Below, piece after piece: positions 14,744-29,058 of a stretch of DNA of 64,000 bases (the first letter of the stretch is position 1; each line of letters begins with the position of its first letter). The stretch comes from Octopus vulgaris (lineage: Eukaryota). The stretch covers positions 75,268,001 to 75,332,000 of the forward strand of contig OX597830.1 of the NCBI GenBank assembly GCA_951406725.2, in the 5' to 3' direction. Position numbers and translations under genes: made by a program. The notes beneath the pieces are model-generated. The model was not told the origin of the DNA and did not search any database. It worked only from the letters and a program-made list of their open reading frames with translations.

Positions 14744-14880
14744 GGTGGTGGTGATGGTGGTAGTGGTGGTGCTGTTAGTTGTAGTGGTGGTGGTGGTGAT
14801 GGTGGTGGTGGTGGTGGTGGTGGTTGTGTTGACGATGGTGTGAGCATTGGTGATATTACTGCTGCCGATGGTGGTGATGT
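14460..14880. repeat. (GGT)n/(GTT)n microsatellite
   Basis: Direct reading. Confidence 0.9.
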
Positions 14881-15024
14881 TGATGATATGATTTCGGAGG
14901 AGGTGGTTTTGCAGTGTTCTTAGAATTAGTGCTTATGGTGGTGACAATGTTGGTGCTGATGGTTGAAGTGGTCTTAGTGACAATGGTAGTAGAAATTCCT
15001 AATGTTACCCATGAAGGCATGTCT

Positions 15025-15422
15025 CTCTCTTTTACTCTTTTACTTGTTTCAGTCATTTGACTGCGGCCATGCTGGGGCACCGCCTTTAATCGAGCAACTC
15101 GACCCCGGGACTTATTCTTTTGTAAGCCCAGTACTTATTCTATCGGTCTCTTTTGCCGAACCGCTAAGTGACGGAGACATAAACACACCAGCAATGCTAG
15201 GGTGACAAACACAGACACACAAACACACACACGCATATATACATATATATACATATATACGACGGGCTTCTTTCAGTTTCCGTCTACCAAATCCACTCAC
15301 AAGGTTTTGGTCAGCCCGAGGCTATAGTAGAAGACACGTGCCCAAGGTGCCACGCAGTGGGACTGAACCCGGAACCATGTGGTTGGTAAACAAGCTACTT
15401 ACCACACAGCCACTCCTGCGCC
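15025..15422 (-). mobile_element. SINE family A, full length, with target-site duplication
   Basis: Reverse complement of the 4691 type, flanked on both sides by atgtct (candidate 6-bp TSD). Confidence 0.92.
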
Positions 15423-15549
15423 ATGTCTGTGGACGTTAATTCTTTATGTGTATAAATAATAACGGCGATGTGTTCATTGCCGAGGTAATTACGGTGATGT
15501 GTGTTCGATGAGTTTGGCAATGATTGCAGTGATGAGGAAAATGATATCA

Positions 15550-16489
15550 ACAAATGATGGTGATGATAGACTTGACATCAACGACGATGATGATAAAGAT
15601 ATTGTTGTCGTTGTTGATGATGATGACGATGATGATGATGATGATGATGATGTCGGTGACGACGATCATGGTGACGGTGATGACGATGACGATGATGACG
15701 ATGATGATGATGATGATGACGATGATAATGGTGGTGGTGGTGGTGGTGGTGGTGGTGATGATGAAGATGATGAGGATTATGATGATGACGATGATGATGA
15801 TGGAGATGGTGATGATGATGATGATAATGGACAATGATGAAGATGACGATGATGATGATGACGATGATGACGACGATGATGATGATGATAATGGTGATGA
15901 TGATGACGATGATGATGGCGACGACGATGATGATGGCGACGACGACGACGACGATGATGATGAAGATGATGGCGTCAAGGACGACAACAATAATTATGAT
16001 GATCATAATGATGATGAAAACGACGACGACGACGGCGATGTTAAAGGGTTTGATAATATTAATGATGCTGAACATGTGAATGCGAGGTAGCGATGGTATC
16101 GATGAGGCTCTTCATCACGGTGAACTTCATGATCTTCTCCGATGAAGACCCGCATCATCACCATAACCCTTCTGACGATGAAGATGACGATAATGATGGC
16201 GATGATGATGATGGCTAAGATAACGTTATAAATATTTATCTACTTTTTGCTAATGCTGCTGTTGTTGGTGTTATTGCTGCGGCAGAGGTAGTGCTGGTGG
16301 TGGTGGCGGCGCCGATCTCTGTTGCAGTTAATGGTGTTGTTATTGCTGTTGCTGTTGTTGTATTAATTTCTCGCATGACAAAGGATGGGTCAGAGTTAAT
16401 CTACATGAATATATCGGATAAGCTGCAATGAACGCTGATTGCGAAAATTGCACAGTATTGATAAGTAACGACGTGATGAACAAACTGAA

Positions 16490-16568
<79 letters not shown>

Positions 16569-16583
16569 GTAATAATAATAATA

Positions 16584-16626
<43 letters not shown>

Positions 16627-16727
16627 TGATGATGATGATGATCATGATCATGATGATGATCATGATGATGATGGTGGTGGTGGTGATGATGATGATGATG
16701 ATGATGATGAGGAGGAGGAGGAGGAGG

Positions 16728-16782
<55 letters not shown>

Positions 16783-16962
16783 TGATGATGATCATGATGA
16801 TCATGATGATCATGATGATCATGATGATGATGGTGGTGATGATGGTGGTGATGATGATGATGATGATGATAATGATGAGGATGATGATGATAATAATAAT
16901 GATAATAATAATAATTATCATTATTATCATCATCATCATCATCATTATTATCATTATTATTA

Positions 16963-17020
<58 letters not shown>

Positions 17021-17230
17021 CATCATCATTATTACTATTATGCTGTTGTTTTTGTTGTTATTATAGCAATAATGATAATAATAATAACAGCAACTACAAT
17101 ATCAATAAATATTAATAAATATGATGATAACAATATGACAACAATAACATTAACAATACTGCTAATAATAGTATTAATAACAATATAGATGATGATTTTA
17201 GTAATAACTAGATTAATGATAATAATAATC
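15550..17230. repeat. (GAT)n/(GAC)n and (AAT)n/(ATT)n microsatellites
   Basis: Direct reading. Confidence 0.95.
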
Positions 17231-17700
17231 CTTTCTAATAAAGGCCTGGAATTTGTGGGGAAGGGGAATAGTCGAACTCATCGACCCCAGTACTTGGCTG
17301 GTACTTAATTTATTGACACTGAGAGGATGAAAGGCAATTTCGACCTCGGGGGCATTTGAACTTAGAAGGTGAAGACGGACGAAATGCCGCTAAACATTTC
17401 GCCTGGCGGTGGGCTGGCAGAATCGTTAGCACGCCAGGTGAAATGCTTAGCGGTATATGGTCTGTCTCCATGTTCTGAGTTCAAATTCCGCCGAGGTCGA
17501 CTTAGTCTTTCATCCTTTCGGGGTCGATAATTTAAGTACCACTTGCGTATTGGGTTCGATCTAATCGACTGACGTCCTTCTCCAAAATTTCGGGCTTTGT
17601 GCCTATAGTAGAAAGGACTATTATACTTCACCGAAGGCGGCAATCTGGCAGAATCTTTAGCACGCCGGGTGAATTGCTTAACGGTATATCGTCTGTCTTC
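17230..17700. mobile_element. Three SINE family B pieces: - copy 17230-17408, + copy 17405-17620, + 5' stub 17636-17700
   Basis: All align to the 56234 copy. The first two are head-to-head. Confidence 0.85.
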
Positions 17701-17883
17701 CTATCTTTATAGATGAAGCGAAATCGTTCAATAGCAAATAGCTTTTACGTTATCGGTATACAACTTGCAGCTAATGTATTTCTTGTAAAGGATCCCCTTT
17801 AAAAGGTGTGTATCACATAATACTTGTCCTTAAAGTATACTTCAAAACTAGGCGATACGAAGTTGCCGCGGAAGGAAAGCGAC

Positions 17884-17930
17884 CCACATATATCGATATT
17901 TCGGAGATTTTTTTCTGCTCATCAGTGTCG
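17884..17930 (-). ncRNA. Minimal type I hammerhead ribozyme motif with canonical core
   Basis: - strand: cgaca CTGATGA gcaga-aaaaaa-tctcc GAAA tatcgata TA tgtgg. Stem III is the palindrome ATATCGATAT. Confidence 0.75.
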
Positions 17931-18061
17931 AATATGCATGCTCCTCTTCTGAAACGAATCCATCATGGCCAGCTAGAATTGCATACCAATAACGTAAAAT
18001 ATATTTGCTTATGCGTGATTTCATTTCATCTATGAGGATAGTCAGACAGTTAGATAGATAG

Positions 18062-18198
<137 letters not shown>

Positions 18199-18213
18199 AA
18201 GATAGATAGAAAA

Positions 18214-18582
18214 GGGAGTGGCTGTGTGGTAAGTAGCTTGCTTACCAACCACATAGTTCCGGGTTCAGTCCTTAGGCAAATGTCTCCTACTAAAGCCTCG
18301 GGCCGACCAAAGCCTTGTGAGTGAAAGAAGCCCATCGTATATATGTATATATATGTATGTGTGCGTATATATTTGAGTGTCTGTGTTTGTCCCCGCAACA
18401 TCGCTTGACAACCGATGCTGGTATGTTTACATCCCCGTGTCTTTGCGGTTAGGCAAAAGAGCCCGATAGTGTAAATACAAGGCTTCCAAAGAATAAGTCC
18501 TGGGGTCGATTTGATCGACTAAAGGCGGTTCTCCAGCATGGCCGCAGTCAAATTACTGAAACAATAAAAAAGTAAAGAGTAA
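18214..18582 (+). mobile_element. SINE family A inserted in a (GATA)n array
   Basis: Family A sequence with small deletions, (GATA)n on both sides, and a duplicated agatagaaagatagataga. Confidence 0.9.
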
Positions 18583-18586
18583 AGAT

Positions 18587-18685
<99 letters not shown>

Positions 18686-19104
18686 CAGACAAACACACGG
18701 GGTGAAGAGATCGAAAACGAGAGAGAAACTGAAAAGATTGTAACATCACACTCCAGATTCAACGTCGCAGTGCTGAAATGAAAATTCTTCAACCAATGTT
18801 ACTTCAGTACTTCTCATACTTGGAGTTGTAGGCTTCTCTCAAATATAATGTATATCGATTGCCCATTATAAGATTTTTTTTTTATTGGAGACAAGATCAA
18901 AAATTTGGTGAAGACTTTAAGAATTTCTTGATGGTCGTTTTATTTTTCTACATAAAATCATTGATAACTATTTTGAGAATTAACTGAAAAACAGAACGAT
19001 GCTAGCATATAGTTCATTATGTTTGTAGTTGCTAAACCATTTCCATATAACAGAGAGAATCTACCTCAAATTTCTCACCAAAATTGTATTTTAAAATGAA
19101 TATA

Positions 19105-19474
19105 GGCGCAGGAGTGGCTGTGTGGTAAGTAGCTTGCTAACCGACCACACGGTTGCGGGTTCAGTCCCACTGCGTGGCATCTTGGGCAAGTGTCTTCTGC
19201 TATAGCCCCGGGCCGACCAATGCCTTGTGAGTGGATTTGGTAGACGGAAACTGAAAGAAGCCTGTCGTATATATGTATATATATGTATATGTGTGTGTGT
19301 TTGTGTGTCTGTGTTTGTCCCCCCAGCATTGCTTGACAACCGATGCTGGTGTGTTTAGGTCCCCGTCACTTAGCGGTTCGGCAAAAAGAGACCGATAGAA
19401 TAAGTACTAAAAAGGTGGTGCTCCAGCATGGCCGCAGTCAAAATGACTGAAACAAGTAAAAGAGAGTAAAAGAG
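19105..19474 (+). mobile_element. SINE family A, near full length
   Basis: ggcgcaggagtggctgtgtgg...gactgaaacaagtaaaagagagtaaaagag, flanked by tata on both sides, with an internal deletion before the tail. Confidence 0.92.
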
Positions 19475-20079
19475 TATAGAACCGAAAGAAAACATAGGAA
19501 TGAGTACACCCCAGATATTTTGTTTGAAGATGAAGACAGTATAATCACGAGTGGAACGGATTTGATTTAACGGTACGTTTTCTCGGTCAGCACTGACCTG
19601 GTGCTAAATAACAATAAGAACAACTCCAACAACAATAACAACAACAAGGAGTCGTAGCAGGGGTCACTTCTTTGACTCAATGAGACACCACTGATTGATG
19701 CAAACAATAACGTCAATACTATTAAGTGACTAGGCACAGATGCCAGACACTAGATAACTCAAATAAACGGAAATTAAATTTTCTTTTTAGATATATTTAT
19801 TTTTCTTTCATCTGACGCTTGATACTGTATGAAGTCAGGAGAAGTGGGGAAGGGTGTCTTCTTATGATCCATTTCTCCTAAAGATAATTTCTCCTTTTTT
19901 TTTCCTTTAGCGTCCCCCGACTTTATTTTTTTTTTGGGGCTTCTAAGCTTCAGTTCCTCCATAGGGCTCCTGCAGTTGTTAATGTTATTCTTTTATAATT
20001 TGGCTGGTTTTAGTCACTCAACTGCGCATCATGCTGCAGAACCAGATTCAAGTTTCTTCATTTTTCCTCTTTCTTTCTT

Positions 20080-20345
20080 TCTCTTTTACTTCTTACAGTT
20101 GTTCGATAGTGGCCGTGTTGGGGCACCGTAATGAAGTGTTTAGTTGAACAAATCGACCTATATTTAAGTCTGGTACTTATTCTATCGAGCAATGTTGCTG
20201 AACTGCTTGGATATCAGGACGTAAATAAATCAATACGTGTTGTCAAGCGGTGAAGGAGAAGAAAACACACACACACACATTCTTTTATTCGTTTATTCTT
20301 TTACTTGTTTCAGTCATTTGACTACGGCCATGCCGTGGCACCTCC
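20080..20345 (-). mobile_element. Two degenerate SINE family A 3' fragments
   Basis: ttttacttgtttcagtcatttgactacggccatgcc at ~20300 and a more decayed copy at 20080-20280. Confidence 0.7.
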
Positions 20346-20346
20346 T

Positions 20347-21494
<1,148 letters not shown>

Positions 21495-21599
21495 TGTATG
21501 TATATATGTATGTATGTATGTGTGTATGTATGTATGTATGTGTGTATGTATCTATGTACGTACGTATGTATATATAGTGAAAGAGTGAGAGAGTTGAAG

Positions 21600-21780
21600 T
21601 AAACAAAAGTTGGGGGTTAGTGAATAACAAACATGTGTATCGGTTTAACGCTCAGGAAGAATGGAAAAGTCTTTCAGGTTTCGAGCCTGCAATTTTCAGC
21701 AGAAACTATTGAGAGGAAAAAAAAATGAAGAGAGAACGAAAAAGAAACGGAAGAAGAAATATATGTAGGGATTAAAGGTT
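21600..21780 (-). mobile_element. Penelope-like terminal fragment with degenerate HHR motif
   Basis: - strand tttCTGCTGAaaattgcaggctcGAAAcctgaaagac, similar to the 45040 and 36560 motifs. Confidence 0.5.
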
Positions 21781-22455
21781 CAACACGATGTGTGCATGCC
21801 TGTGTGCATGGATGTGTGTGCGTATGTGAGAGAAAGAGAGAAAATAGAGTGGTGCGTGTGTTCGTGTGTGTGCACCTGTGTGTGTGTGTGTGTACCTGTG
21901 TGTGTGTGTGCACCTGTGTGTGTGTGTGTGTGTGTGCACCTGTTTGTGTGTGCACCTGTGTGTGTGTGTGTATGCGTGTGCGCATGTACATATATATCAA
22001 ACACGAAAGAGAGCATCGCATCATAGATACATTAGTTGAGGGACTCGGTGAAATGCTTTCTTGAAATGTTTTTTTCTTTTTAAATATCGCCTTAATACTT
22101 GGAAATCTGATTCACGTGAGCCAGATTTAAGGAGGAAAAATACTTTGTTCCAAATTTTATTCGATATGCACGAGTTGATGAAAATTCCTCACCGCCTTCA
22201 AAATAATTAAATGCTGAAATATACAGTCATACATACATGCTTGCATGCATGCATACATACGTACATACATACATACGTACATACATACATTCATGCATAC
22301 ACACATACATACATACATACATACATACATACATGCATACATACATACATGCATGCATACACACATACATATATACATACACACATGCATACATACATAC
22401 ATACTTACATACATACATGCATGCATACACACATACATACATACATTAATACACG

Positions 22456-22493
<38 letters not shown>

Positions 22494-22679
22494 CATGCTT
22501 GCATGCAAGTATGTATATATATATATATATATATACATGCTTGCATGCAAGTATATATATATATATATATATATATACATACTTGCATACTTAAGTACAT
22601 TCATACACTCATACATGCATACATGCATATACACATACATACATATATGCATGCATGTATACATACATACATACAATTT

Positions 22680-23638
22680 AGGGTGGTATATAAAAAATGA
22701 CGTGGAGTCATTGTTGAGACACACGAAGAAGGCCGGCGTGAACAAGACTGAAATTGTATAATGAAAGAAAATTTAAACAGAAAATGAACACACAAAAAAG
22801 AAAAACGTGGAAGGAAAAAATGTACGGTAAGTTTTCAAGAGATGTGAACGCGAAGATAGATATAGAAGACCGGTGGCTATGGATGAGGAGTGACGAAAAG
22901 CCAGAGACAGAAGCACTCATATGCGTAGCTTAAGAACAGGCGTTACGGACCGACTATGTGAAGTTCAGAATAGACAACGTTACCAACAGCGACAAATGCC
23001 GAATGTGTGTTGAGAGGGGTGAACCGATATGGCACATCGACAGCTAATGTCCGAAATTAGTACAACAGGAATATAAAAGACGCCATAACAAAGTGGCAAG
23101 AATGATCCATTTGGAGCTCTGTGGAAATCGTGGTCCTCAAAGAGCGAAGACGTGGTAGGAGCAAACCCCAGAAAGAGTCACTGAAAATGAGAATTGCAAA
23201 ATCATGTGGGATGCAATGAACCAGTGCGATCACCTGACCAGACATCGGAAACTGGACATGGTTGTGGTGAATAAAAGAGCAAGAGTATGCGTGATAATCG
23301 ACATAGCATGCCCCGGTGACAATAGGATTAATGCAAAAGAAAAAGAAAAACAAGAAACAATGATGATTTGAAGTGGGAGATTCGGAGTTTGTGGTCCCTG
23401 GGGAGAGTTGATGTGCTACCAATAGTAATTGGCACGCCTGGGACTATCAGCCCTCAGCTACCAACATGGTTTAAAAGATTGGTGCATGTGAGAAGATAGA
23501 ACACCTATAAAAATCAGCGTTGCTCGGAACTACACGAGTTCTTCACAGAGCTCTTGAAGCATGACCAGTAAAAAAGTGTCACGTGGACAGCTGACACTTT
23601 CCATCATACCCAGCAAAATAAAATGTGAGTTTTCATCC

Positions 23639-23640
<2 letters not shown>
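22680..23640 (+). mobile_element. 3' portion of an RLE-encoding non-LTR retrotransposon (R4/Dong-like), pseudogenised, ending in (AAT)n
   Basis: Translation from ~22808: PETEALICVA*EQALRT..KCRMC..WHIDS*CPKL..YKRRHNKVAR (CCHC knuckle plus RH motif), RHRKLDMVVV..IIDIACPGD (PD-(D/E)xK-type RLE), VLPIVIG..G, KSALLGT. A short UTR runs into (TAA)n. Confidence 0.9.
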
Positions 23641-23700
<60 letters not shown>

Positions 23701-23733
23701 CAACAACAACAATAATAATAATGATTATATTAA

Positions 23734-23764
<31 letters not shown>

Positions 23765-24083
23765 TAATTACCATAAAAATAAAAATTAGAATTAAACGAA
23801 GAAATAACATGGGAGAGGCACTTAAATTGGCAAATATTAAAGAGAAAAGCAATAGAAATTGAAAGAAAATAAAAAATGAAGTCGTAGAACATATGAAATT
23901 AGAGAGAAAGAAAGAAACAAGGGAAGAAAGACCGAAAGAGAAAAGAAATGAGAGAATGGAAGGCCGAATGAATAAGAGAAGACATTTAAAAAATAAAGAC
24001 AAATAACATGAGAGACGGAGAGAATGAAAGAAAAAGAAAGCATGATTGAATGACGGAAAAACACTGAACGAAAGAAAGAGACA

Positions 24084-24128
<45 letters not shown>

Positions 24129-24539
24129 GAAAGAAGAATGAATGAAAAAAGACAGAAAAGAAGACAGGAAGAAAGAAGTAAAGAAAGAGTGTGTAGTTGT
24201 ATAAAGAACGATGGAAAGAATGCGCCCCCCCCCCAAAAAAAAAGAAAAATAGGCCGTTTGATGTTTGGCCCTTTTGATTGATATATTGTCCCAAGCTGGT
24301 CATGTCGTTAAAAGGATGGTGGCTGGACTGCTACCATTGCTGAATGCATCCGGTCAGTTATTTATCACCTTTGTAAATATGCAGATATTCATACTCACAT
24401 ACAAACACTCACGGACAAACGTACACACGCACGCACACACAAATATGTCTGTGTACATGTGTGTGTATATATACACATACATCCATAAATACATATACAC
24501 ACATATAAACGTATTTTTTTACTAGTTTTGTTTTTGTTA

Positions 24540-24780
24540 GTTTTTACTTGCTTCAGTCATTAGACAGCAGCCATGCTGGGGCATTGGCTTCAAGAATTTT
24601 TAGTAAAAAAAAAAAACCACACTACTTATTTTTCTAAAAACTCTGCTGCTGCTGCTGCTGCTTCTGTCGGTCCTTTTTGCCAAACGGCTAATGTTATGGG
24701 GACATAAATAAAGCAAGACAGGTTGTCCAGGTGTGTTGTTGGCGGAAAAAGACAGACACAAAGACGCAGAGACACACACA
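24540..24780 (-). mobile_element. SINE family A, 3' half
   Basis: tttttacttgcttcagtcattagacagcagccatgctgggg...ttttgccaaacggctaa. Confidence 0.75.
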
Positions 24781-24811
24781 TACATACATACATACATACA
24801 TACAGACAGAC

Positions 24812-24844
<33 letters not shown>

Positions 24845-24952
24845 CACACACATACATACATACATACATACATACATACATACATACATACATACATACA
24901 TACATACATACATACACATACATACATACATACATACATACATACATACATA

Positions 24953-25418
24953 AAAAGAAAAAGAAAAATACCCACGGAAAAGAAAATACCTACGATGAAC
25001 TATCCAGAAATTTGCAGTTACCCTATCCAGATTACAATTTCAGGTTTATATCTGTAATTATTGGGGCACTGGGATATATAACACACTGCCCTAAATACCA
25101 ATCTTGAGAAATTAGGGTTCCTAAAATCACAGAGGAAGAAGCTAATTCAAAGACTGTAGATCAAGTCCATCGCTGGAGCTGTAAGAACCAGTAAAATTGT
25201 CCAGAAGTTTATTATTTAAGTATATATCAGTGTACATATGCAATTATATACATGAGATTACACACAGAAAATAAAACACACAAATTTGCATATGTACATA
25301 CATACATGCACAAATACCGTGTTGGTGTTGATGTTCCAATGAAGGATCCTTGGATCTGGGTTCGAAACCGACTCTTTCTCTACTGGCAAAAAATCTTGAA
25401 AAAAAACTGAATAACGAT
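24953..25418 (+). mobile_element. 3' end of a second RLE-type non-LTR retrotransposon family
   Basis: KENTYDELSRNLQLPYPDYNFRFISVIIGALGYITHC..KLIQRL*IKSIAG. The 3' UTR aligns with the - strand copy at 63277-64000. Confidence 0.8.
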
Positions 25419-25443
25419 GTATTTACATGTGGCTGTGTGTATA

Positions 25444-25617
25444 GGCGCTGGCGTGGGTGTGGTAAGAAGTTTGCTTCCCAACCACATAGTTCCAGATTCA
25501 GTCGTACTGCGTGGCACCAAGGACAAGTGTAAATATCTTCTTCTATAGCTCCACGTCGAATAAGGCCTTGTGAGTGGATTTGGTAGACGGATACTGAAAG
25601 AAGCCCGTGAAAGAATT

Positions 25618-25671
<54 letters not shown>

Positions 25672-25807
25672 TCGGCAAAAGAGACCGATAGAATAAGTAC
25701 TGGGCTTACAAAGAATGTCCCAGGGTTGAGTTGCTCGACTAAAAGCGGTGCTCCAGCATGGCCGCAGTCAACTGACTGAAACAAGTAAGAGTAAAGAGTA
25801 AGAGTAA

Positions 25808-25841
<34 letters not shown>

Positions 25842-26545
25842 TCACACATATATATTTAGGCGCAGGAATGTCTGTGTGGTAAGTAGATTGCTTACCAACC
25901 ATACGGTTTCGGGTTCAGTCCTACTGCACGGCACCTTGGGCAAGTGTCTTCTACTATATCCTTCGGGCCGGCCAAAGCCTTGTGAGTGGATTTGGTAGAC
26001 GGAAACTAAAAGAAGCCCGTCGTATATATGTATATGTATGTATGTGTGTGTGTGTTTGTGTGTCGGTGTTTGCCCCCCCCCAACATCGCTTGACAACCGA
26101 TACTGATGTGTTTACGTCCCCGTAACTTAGCGGCTTGACAAAAGAGACCGATAGAATAAGTACTAGGATTACAAAGACTAGTACTTATTCTTATACTAAG
26201 TCCTGGGTTCTATTTGTTAAACTAAAGGCGGTGCTCCAGCATGGCCGCAGTCAAATGACTGGAACAAGTAAAAGGTCAAAAGAGTATATACACGCACATA
26301 CATATCTCTGTGTGTGCACGCGCGCGTGTGTGTCTGTATGTGTGCTTGTCCTCTATTAGTCCCCCACCGCCACTTGACAACCGATGTGGTATGTATACGA
26401 TCCCGCAACTTAGCGGTTAGGTAAAAAAGACTGACAGAGTAAGTACCAGGCTTTAGAAAATTTGGACTGGGTTCGATTAGTTCGAGTGAAAATTCACGAA
26501 GACGGTCCTCCAGCATGGCCGCAGTTTGATGACTGAAACAAACAA
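25444..26545 (+). mobile_element. Nested SINE family A cluster
   Basis: Old 5' half 25444-25608, 5'-truncated copy 25668-25808, full copy 25859-26285, old 3' half 26340-26545. Confidence 0.85.
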
Positions 26546-27763
26546 AGGGTACTTTAACAATGTCAATTTTTTAAACATAGAAAATGTTATTAACCTAGGC
26601 TTCGAGATAGAAATCAAATAATTGGAAGAGAATCTCCACACATAGACGTACTTATGATTAGAGGAATGATATATTCAGAACCAAAGAGAAGAATTAGCAG
26701 ATGGCGACTATTTTGACGCTTGAGAAATCTCTAATCAAGTCGTGACTATAAAGTACAATTTTGATGCGATAAACCGGATGGCAGGAGAAATGTTGATCTT
26801 AGATAAGAAAAACCAAAAAAATTTCAGAAATCTTTTGTAAGATGTAGACACATATATATTGGATCTACTAGAAGAATAGGGAGAAAAGAACTTGGAATAG
26901 TAAAATAGTGCAAAGTAAGCATCATTTGTAGGGATTCTAAAGACATGCAAATATCGACAGATTATCATAATGAAGAGATATGGAAATGAATGAAACAAAA
27001 TACATTTTTTGTTGCAACCTAATTTCGCTGAGGGGAAGTGTTTAGATAAGGACAGAAAAACAGAAAAGTGATAAAAATAAAACGGAAATTTTAAGGAATA
27101 TACATGGAAACTAAAAAGATAAGGAAAAGTCATTCACGTGGTCAGTTTTCTGTGAGATTTCACCGAGGAAGTAAGCTAATAAATAAGTTGACAATGGCTC
27201 GAAATCCCTAGCTTTCATGCAGAAAGGGTTTGTTCGATTTTATCTGAATGACTTCGGTGTATAGCCTCTTACAAATATAACCAAGATTAAGAATAAATAA
27301 ATAAATTAATTAATAAGAGGTTAACCTCAAATCCAGGCAGCACTATACTAATGACAAATGTTTTATTAATTTCATTGTAAACGTGTGTGGTGTAGAATTC
27401 ATGACTTTAAATGGTATATAAGCCGTAGAAATATTATACTCCCGTCGTCTCACCAGGCTGTTAAAATATGAAGCAATTGTTCTTCAGTATATCATTAGCA
27501 AAGAAATAAGAACAAAAGCCAGATATGCAAACTTTAATAAGTAGTACAACCTTCTTATAAACAATAGCAAAATAATGAAGTGAAAGTACAGATAATATAA
27601 TTTGTACAATACAAAGGATTAAAATATATCACAAACAATTTAACAAATCCAATATTCTTAACTATATATATATAATATAATAATAATATTATGGAGTATA
27701 TCTAAACTTACAGGGAAGAATTAGTTGCCTAATAGTAGTTTTGTTTCTAATTTAATTTATATA

Positions 27764-27829
<66 letters not shown>

Positions 27830-28654
27830 TTATGGACTTTAGATTTGTTAAAATATGTTTATAATATATTTTAGTTTCTAAAAGCAAAATACCTGCAATT
27901 ACCGAGGAGAAAAAAATTCTCTCTCGTGGCCAATGATGTAAAAACATCATATCAGCCTAGGGCGTTGCCCTCACGTCAGTTTCTGGCTCTATAGTTTACC
28001 CCAATGGCAGATACCGAAGGGAGATAATACTCAGCAGATTCAAAGCCGTCACTTTAACAAAAAAAAAACAAAAAAAAAACCAGTCAGCATCAGTTACCAA
28101 GTTGCGCTGTCAGGTCACCTGGTCGGGATAAATATAGCAACATCAGCGCCAAGAAGTGATTAGGAATTAATTAACTTTAGGTTAATGAAAGTATGTTCCT
28201 GTCACGTTTTAGCCTCTAAAAGCAAATTCACTCCAGTTACGAGGAGAGAAATTTGCTCTTATAGTAAAAGGTGTTAAAAAATACCATATCTCCACAGTGC
28301 TCCCACTGTTGGATTCCCAGACGCGATATGGTGTTGACATGGACAAATCAGCTTTGAACATAATTTTTCCTTATTTGTGGCTAAATATAAATAAAATACA
28401 TGAACAAAGAGACATAACAGGATGAGAGCCACATCTTGGTAGATGATAACCGTTTGATATTGAACCTGATTAGAATTATTTTCATCTTTGCATGTCCAAG
28501 GATATCCGTCACTTTAGAATTTTATAAAATAGAAAATGGTTCAAGTGAGATGTTCAGCAAGTCATTGGACTTATGTGACAGAAGACTTGAACATTACTCT
28601 GGCCATTCTCTCGATCAGTTTCACCGCGCAGTACTTTAGGCAAGTAAACAGTCA

Positions 28655-28880
28655 TAGTGAATTTGGTGGGCGAAAACTATATGGAAGCCCATCGTATATG
28701 TGTGCGCGTTTGTCAACACTACTCGACAACTGGTGTGGGTTTCTTTACGTCCACCTAACTTAGCGGTTAGGCTCAAGAGACCGATGAAACAAAAATTGGG
28801 CCCAATTTTTTCGACTAGACACTTCCAGGCGCAGTTCCTGCATGGTCGTATTCTAGTGACTAACACAAGCAAAAGAGAAA
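28655..28880 (+). mobile_element. SINE family A, degenerate
   Basis: gtgaatttggtgggcgaaaact..gaagcccatcgtatatg..aacttagcggtt..gagaccgat. Confidence 0.7.
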
Positions 28881-28985
28881 CTATCTATCTGTGTGTGTAT
28901 ATGTATATATATCTGCATCACTGTGTATATATAAATATATGTATGCGTACACACACACATATATACCTTTATACATATATACATT

Positions 28986-29058
<73 letters not shown>

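Noticed and set aside
19774-19962. Lys-rich 62-aa ORF on the - strand
   Set aside because: No recognisable motif, stops upstream in frame, and driven by A-tracts.
21860-21965. (GT)n with a periodic gcacct interruption (array-like)
   Set aside because: Simple minisatellite slippage with no unique spacers, so not a CRISPR-like array.
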